Assembly: GCA_035630815.1 (NCBI GenBank) | Contig: DASQJY010000044.1 | Coordinates: 5,249 to 69,248, forward strand | Direction: 5' to 3' | Length of the DNA stretch: 64,000 nucleotides | Source: Thermoanaerobaculia bacterium | GTDB taxonomy: Bacteria; Acidobacteriota; Thermoanaerobaculia; Gp7-AA8 | Shown: positions 63,010 to 64,000 of the stretch, piece by piece | How positions within the stretch are numbered: position 1 is the first letter of the stretch | Layout: the number at the start of each line of letters is the position of its first letter | Notes under the pieces: generated by a model | Told to the model about the DNA's origin: nothing | The model's database searches: none | Seen by the model: only the letters and a program-made list of their open reading frames with translations | Translations under genes and position numbers: made by a program

Positions 63010-64000
63010 AGCCGCAACCGCGCGTCGATTCCGAACATCCCTGGCCAGCGCTCCTCTCCTTCCGCGAAGATGACCAACGCTATTTCGGCGGGCGGAACGA
63101 GGAGGTGGAGGCGCTGTACCGTCGCATCGCGTCCAGCCGCCTGACCCTGCTCTTCGGTCTCTCCGGCCTCGGCAAGTCGTCCCTGCTCCTGGCCGGTCTC
63201 TTTCCGCGGCTCCGCGGCGAGCATTACTTCCCCGTCTACATCCGCCTGCGCTACGGCCGCGACCTGCCGCCGCCCGTCGAGCAGATCAAGACGGAGATTG
63301 CCGCCCAAGCCCGTGACCATGGAGTCGAAGCGCCGGAGCCGCGCGCCGGCGAAACGCTCTGGCAGTACTTTCATCGCCCCGACTCCGACTTCTGGGACGA
63401 CCGCAACTATCCCGCGACCCCGGTGCTGGTGTTCGACCAGTTCGAAGAGCTCTTCACCAGGAGTCGCGAGGTGGCCGGGCAGGCGAACCAGTTCATCGAA
63501 GAGCTGGCCGATCTGGCGGAAGGGGTCGAAGGCAATTACCGGCTGCTGATCGGCATCCGCTCCGACTACCTCGCCCAGCTGCAGGGGATCAGCGACCACG
63601 TGCGCGCGATCTTCGCAAACCGCTACGAGCTTCACCGCATGAGCGGCGCCGCGGCACTGGAGAGCACCCTCACCGCCGGAGGACACCTCCTGGACGAGGA
63701 CGTTGCCCGGCGCATCGTCCGTTTCGTCGCCGGCGCGAAGGAGAGCGGCGACGCGCAGTCCGTGGAGGAACTGCAGGTCGAGCCTGCGCTTCTCAGCCTG
63801 GTCTGCAGCGAGCTGAATGCGACGCGCCTAGAGAAGCACGAGCCGAAGATCACCGCCTCGATGCTCTCCGGGACCAAGGACGAGATCCTCTCGCGGTTCT
63901 ACGAAGCGAGCCTCGCCGACATCTCTCCGGAACTTCGCGTGCTGGTGGAAGACAAGCTCGTGACGCGCGACGGGAAGGCGCGCAATTTCATCTCCGAGCA
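63006..64000 (+). CDS. STAND-class P-loop NTPase (nSTAND-like), 3'-truncated by the window end
   Basis: Absent from the ORF track because no stop falls in the window; I translated it by hand. MKPQPRVDSEHPWPALLSFREDDQRYFGGRNEEVEAL...LLFGLSGLGKSSLLLAGL (Walker A), PVLVFDQFEELF (Walker B) and EPALLSLVCSELN. ATGA overlap with the SIR2-TIR stop. Confidence 0.8.
   Translation, partial: MKPQPRVDSEHPWPALLSFREDDQRYFGGRNEEVEALYRRIASSRLTLLFGLSGLGKSSLLLAGLFPRLRGEHYFPVYIRLRYGRDLPPPVEQIKTEIAAQARDHGVEAPEPRAGETLWQYFHRPDSDFWDDRNYPATPVLVFDQFEELFTRSREVAGQANQFIEELADLAEGVEGNYRLLIGIRSDYLAQLQGISDHVRAIFANRYELHRMSGAAALESTLTAGGHLLDEDVARRIVRFVAGAKESGDAQSVEELQVEPALLSLVCSELNATRLEKHEPKITASMLSGTKDEILSRFYEASLADISPELRVLVEDKLVTRDGKARNFISE

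Overview
GC-rich bacterial chromosomal window. The gene content and the giant CarboxypepD_reg-type protein suggest an Acidobacteriota-like organism, which I cannot verify. From about 1 kb to 50.6 kb almost every gene is on the minus strand and is housekeeping: hpf-rpoN-lptB-lptC/A, recJ, accA, priA, coaBC, rpoZ-gmk-yicC, msbA-lpxB, HU/IHF, sppA, rpsA, cmk, rluB, scpBA, trpS, recG, ldcA, RNase P RNA and uvrC. From 50.8 kb the content is more accessory. Five observations stand out. (1) At least 11 intergenic long-hairpin elements are present. Most are built from 3-4 tandem heptamers mirrored by their reverse complement, and several unrelated heptamer families share this plan. One copy carries a complete zinc-finger ORF in its loop. 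(2) At the right edge, a fused SIR2-like/TIR protein is translationally coupled to a STAND (nSTAND-like) NTPase that is cut by the window end. This is a candidate NAD-depleting immunity module. (3) A three-gene cassette at 53.2-55.3 kb encodes a secreted 6-Cys peptide, an NHL beta-propeller lipoprotein and a membrane-anchored CxxC thioredoxin-fold protein, behind an AT-rich leader. (4) A frameshift sits in an A10 run inside the DUF374 gene, and the shifted frame restores the conserved C-terminus and an ATGA overlap with yicC. (5) A cohesin-like protein lies next to a dockerin-bearing FG-GAP protein. No CRISPR array, rRNA, tRNA or transposase gene was seen. All calls rest on motif reading of the supplied translations. 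No searches were run.
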